Assembly (NCBI GenBank): GCA_019561615.1
Contig: JAHEQA010000013.1
Coordinates: 1,045 to 11,455 of the forward strand
DNA: 10,411 nt
Direction of reading: 5' to 3'
From: Methanothermococcus sp. SCGC AD-155-E23
GTDB lineage: Archaea; AGJL01; Methanococci; Methanococcales; Methanococcaceae
Positions 7,805 through 10,411 of this stretch are shown here, one piece after another (positions within the stretch are counted from its first letter, which is position 1; each line of letters starts with the position of its first letter). The position numbers and the translations under genes were made by a program. The notes beneath the pieces are model-generated. The model was not told where the DNA came from, did no database searches, and saw only the letters and a program-made list of their open reading frames with translations.

Positions 7805-8430
7805 AAGATCCCTTTCAAACGTTCTACAAAGGACCTTATCAGATCCTCACTTTTCTCCCCATTCCTCTCCACACCACTTGATACATCTACTCCAAAGGGT
7901 TGTACGTAATCTACAATCTCCCTAACATTATCAGGGTTCAACCCCCCTGCAAGTACTACAGGGAATCTTCTACAGACTATCCTACTTATCCTGTGGTCGT
8001 GGGTGACACCACATCCCCTACCTGTATCCAGGAGGATCCTGTCCACTACATCCCTGTACCTCAATATCCTCTTTATCAGATCCTCTGCATCCCTCTCAGG
8101 AGAGGTACTCCTTCTAGGTACCTTGAAAGCCTTCATTATAAATATATGGTACTCCTCCTTCAACCTCTCTATGGCCTCAACATCCATATCTGAGTGGATC
8201 TGGATGTACTCACTTCCAGTTTTTTCTATTACCTCTGCCCAGGATTGAAAATCCTCCAAGGTAGATACTGTAAATACGGGAATACTGGAGATTTTTATTA
8301 ACTCCCTAGCCCTCTCTAAACTTATCCTCCTTTTAGACTCCGACTCCACTATCACTCCTGTGGCATCTCCATATTTCTCAACTATCCTTAACTCCCTCTC
8401 CCTCCTGATGCCACATATCTTAACAAACAT
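7801..8430 (-). CDS. trpF: N-(5'-phosphoribosyl)anthranilate isomerase
   Basis: 'VKICGI', 'S.R', 'IQIH', 'LLDT', 'LAGGLNPDNV', 'GVDVSSGVE'. ATG 8430 (TTG 8433 alternative). Its stop overlaps the next gene's start as ATGA. Confidence 0.96.
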   Translation of the reverse strand: MFVKICGIRRERELRIVEKYGDATGVIVESESKRRISLERARELIKISSIPVFTVSTLEDFQSWAEVIEKTGSEYIQIHSDMDVEAIERLKEEYHIFIMKAFKVPRRSTSPERDAEDLIKRILRYRDVVDRILLDTGRGCGVTHDHRISRIVCRRFPVVLAGGLNPDNVREIVDYVQPFGVDVSSGVERNGEKSEDLIRSFVERLKGIL

Positions 8431-8436
8431 CAACTA

Positions 8437-8823
8437 TCACTCTACAATTATCTTGACAACATCTCCATTCTTCAGGGATAGGTACTGTCTCAGGTTCACT
8501 GGTGATATTACCTCCACCACATCCTTTGGATGAGTGGATTTCTCCGGGAATATTAGGGCACCCTTTACAGCAAATTCATTCTTACATATCCATCCAGGGA
8601 GTACCTTTACCCCGTAGTACCTTTTACCGTTGTACTCAAAGCCCTCTATCTCCAAACACCTGGACATATCCACTGGTACATACTCACTTAACTTGATATT
8701 TAAGGTTCCCTCGTAGGGGTAGTAGCCAAGGAGGTTTTTAAATCTCTCCTTGTAAGGTTTTAAAGACATAAAGTACTTCCCTTCCCCCTTTCCAGAGATA
8801 ACCTTTCCATAGAGTATCTGCAT
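8437..8823 (-). CDS. ribK: CTP-dependent archaeal riboflavin kinase (stand-alone, no HTH domain)
   Basis: 'G.VISGKGEG..FM', 'YPYEGTLN', 'EVISPVNLR..L.LKNGD.V'. GGTGA RBS at 8829-8833 supports ATG 8823 rather than GTG 8832. Confidence 0.93.
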   Translation of the reverse strand: MQILYGKVISGKGEGKYFMSLKPYKERFKNLLGYYPYEGTLNIKLSEYVPVDMSRCLEIEGFEYNGKRYYGVKVLPGWICKNEFAVKGALIFPEKSTHPKDVVEVISPVNLRQYLSLKNGDVVKIIVE

Positions 8824-8869
8824 TGATATCACCTTTTAAAACTATTAAAAAAGTAGAGGGTAAAAATTA

Positions 8870-8890
8870 TTTTTAAAATTAAAAAAAGAG
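8870..8890 (-). terminator. Possible oligo-T archaeal terminator downstream of mer
   Basis: Minus strand shows a T7 tract (8881-8887) followed by AATTTT, about 15 nt after the mer stop, in a 70-80 nt AT-rich gap. Confidence 0.4.
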
Positions 8891-8901
8891 ATATTTATAC
8901 T

Positions 8902-9885
<984 letters not shown>

Positions 9886-9913
9886 TTAGTCTTGTAAAAT
9901 TATCTCTCTATCC

Positions 9914-9962
9914 TGTTATATATCTAGTAGTTATTTAGGCTAAGTAGAAAATTATAAATAAC
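9914..9962. promoter_or_regulatory. Divergent mer/cofH promoter region with candidate TATA boxes
   Basis: Minus strand ATATATAA (9916-9923) upstream of mer; plus strand GTAGAAAA-TTATAAAT (9944-9959) upstream of cofH. Confidence 0.5.
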
Positions 9963-9987
9963 ATCCTAGGGCACCTACGGTGATTTT

Positions 9988-10411
9988 ATGGACTTTGAAA
10001 AACTCTATACAAAGAATATCTCACGGAGAGAGTGTTTAGAACTCTTTAGGGATGAGGAGAACCTCTTCGATATTCTAAAGGTAGGTGATAACCTAAGGAG
10101 GATGATAGTAGGTGACGTGGTAACCTATGTAGTCAATCGAAATATAAACTATACCAACATCTGTGTAGGCGACTGTAAATTCTGCGCCTTCAGGGTAGAT
10201 ATGGGAGATAGGAAAGCCTACTTCCTAGATGTAGATGAGATAGCCAGGAGAGCTCTAGAGGCAAAAAAGATGGGTTGTACAGAGGTATGTATCCAGGGAG
10301 GTCTCCATCCCAAGGTGGATACCTACTTTCAGGGGGAGATACTTGAGAGGGTTCACAGTGTCACTGAACCCTACGGAGGTATTCACATCCACGCCTTCTC
10401 CCCCATGGAGG
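9988..10411 (+). CDS. cofH: FO synthase subunit 2, radical SAM 5-amino-6-(D-ribitylamino)uracil-L-tyrosine 4-hydroxyphenyl transferase (partial; runs off the window)
   Basis: Not in the ORF track. GGTGA RBS at 9979-9983, ATG 9988, open to the end: MDFEKLYTKN...VGDVVTYVVNRNINYTNICVGDCKFCAF...TEVCIQGGLHP...HIHAFSPME. Contains CxxxCxxC and CofH-type 'NRNINxTN' and 'HAFSPME' motifs. Confidence 0.92.
   Translation, partial: MDFEKLYTKNISRRECLELFRDEENLFDILKVGDNLRRMIVGDVVTYVVNRNINYTNICVGDCKFCAFRVDMGDRKAYFLDVDEIARRALEAKKMGCTEVCIQGGLHPKVDTYFQGEILERVHSVTEPYGGIHIHAFSPME

Noticed and set aside
7266-8696. Plus-strand ORFs 7266-7499, 7900-8193, 8003-8248 and 8502-8696
   Set aside because: All lie inside well-supported minus-strand genes and have shadow-like composition.
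8437-8823. RbkR-type HTH-riboflavin kinase regulator
   Set aside because: Only the ~128 aa kinase domain is present, with its own RBS; upstream DNA is non-coding.

Overview
This is a densely coded archaeal core-genome segment from a methanogen, most consistent with a thermophilic Methanococcales member. That placement is an inference from mer, cofH, ehbP, mptE, CTP-dependent ribK, GGTGA ribosome-binding sites and TTTATA(T/A)A boxes. There are 15 CDS, two of them cut by the window edges. In order: TatD-like hydrolase (3' end), a short MoaE, an uncharacterised fold-type-I PLP enzyme, a Roadblock/LC7 protein, cobS, a TIGR02253-type HAD phosphatase, ehbP, lysA, mptE, thiD with a ThiN-like C-terminal domain, a soluble P-type-ATPase-like HAD phosphatase, trpF, ribK, mer, and cofH (5' part). 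I found no RNA genes, CRISPR arrays, mobile elements or long repeats. The points most worth follow-up are the hydrolase-MoaE-PLP enzyme cluster (possible non-canonical sulfur relay), a MoaE lacking its C-terminal WKKE motif, a ThiN domain that appears to have lost its catalytic motifs, an orphan Roadblock gene with its own promoter, and dyad elements in two divergent promoters. All product calls are from motif recognition without database searches.
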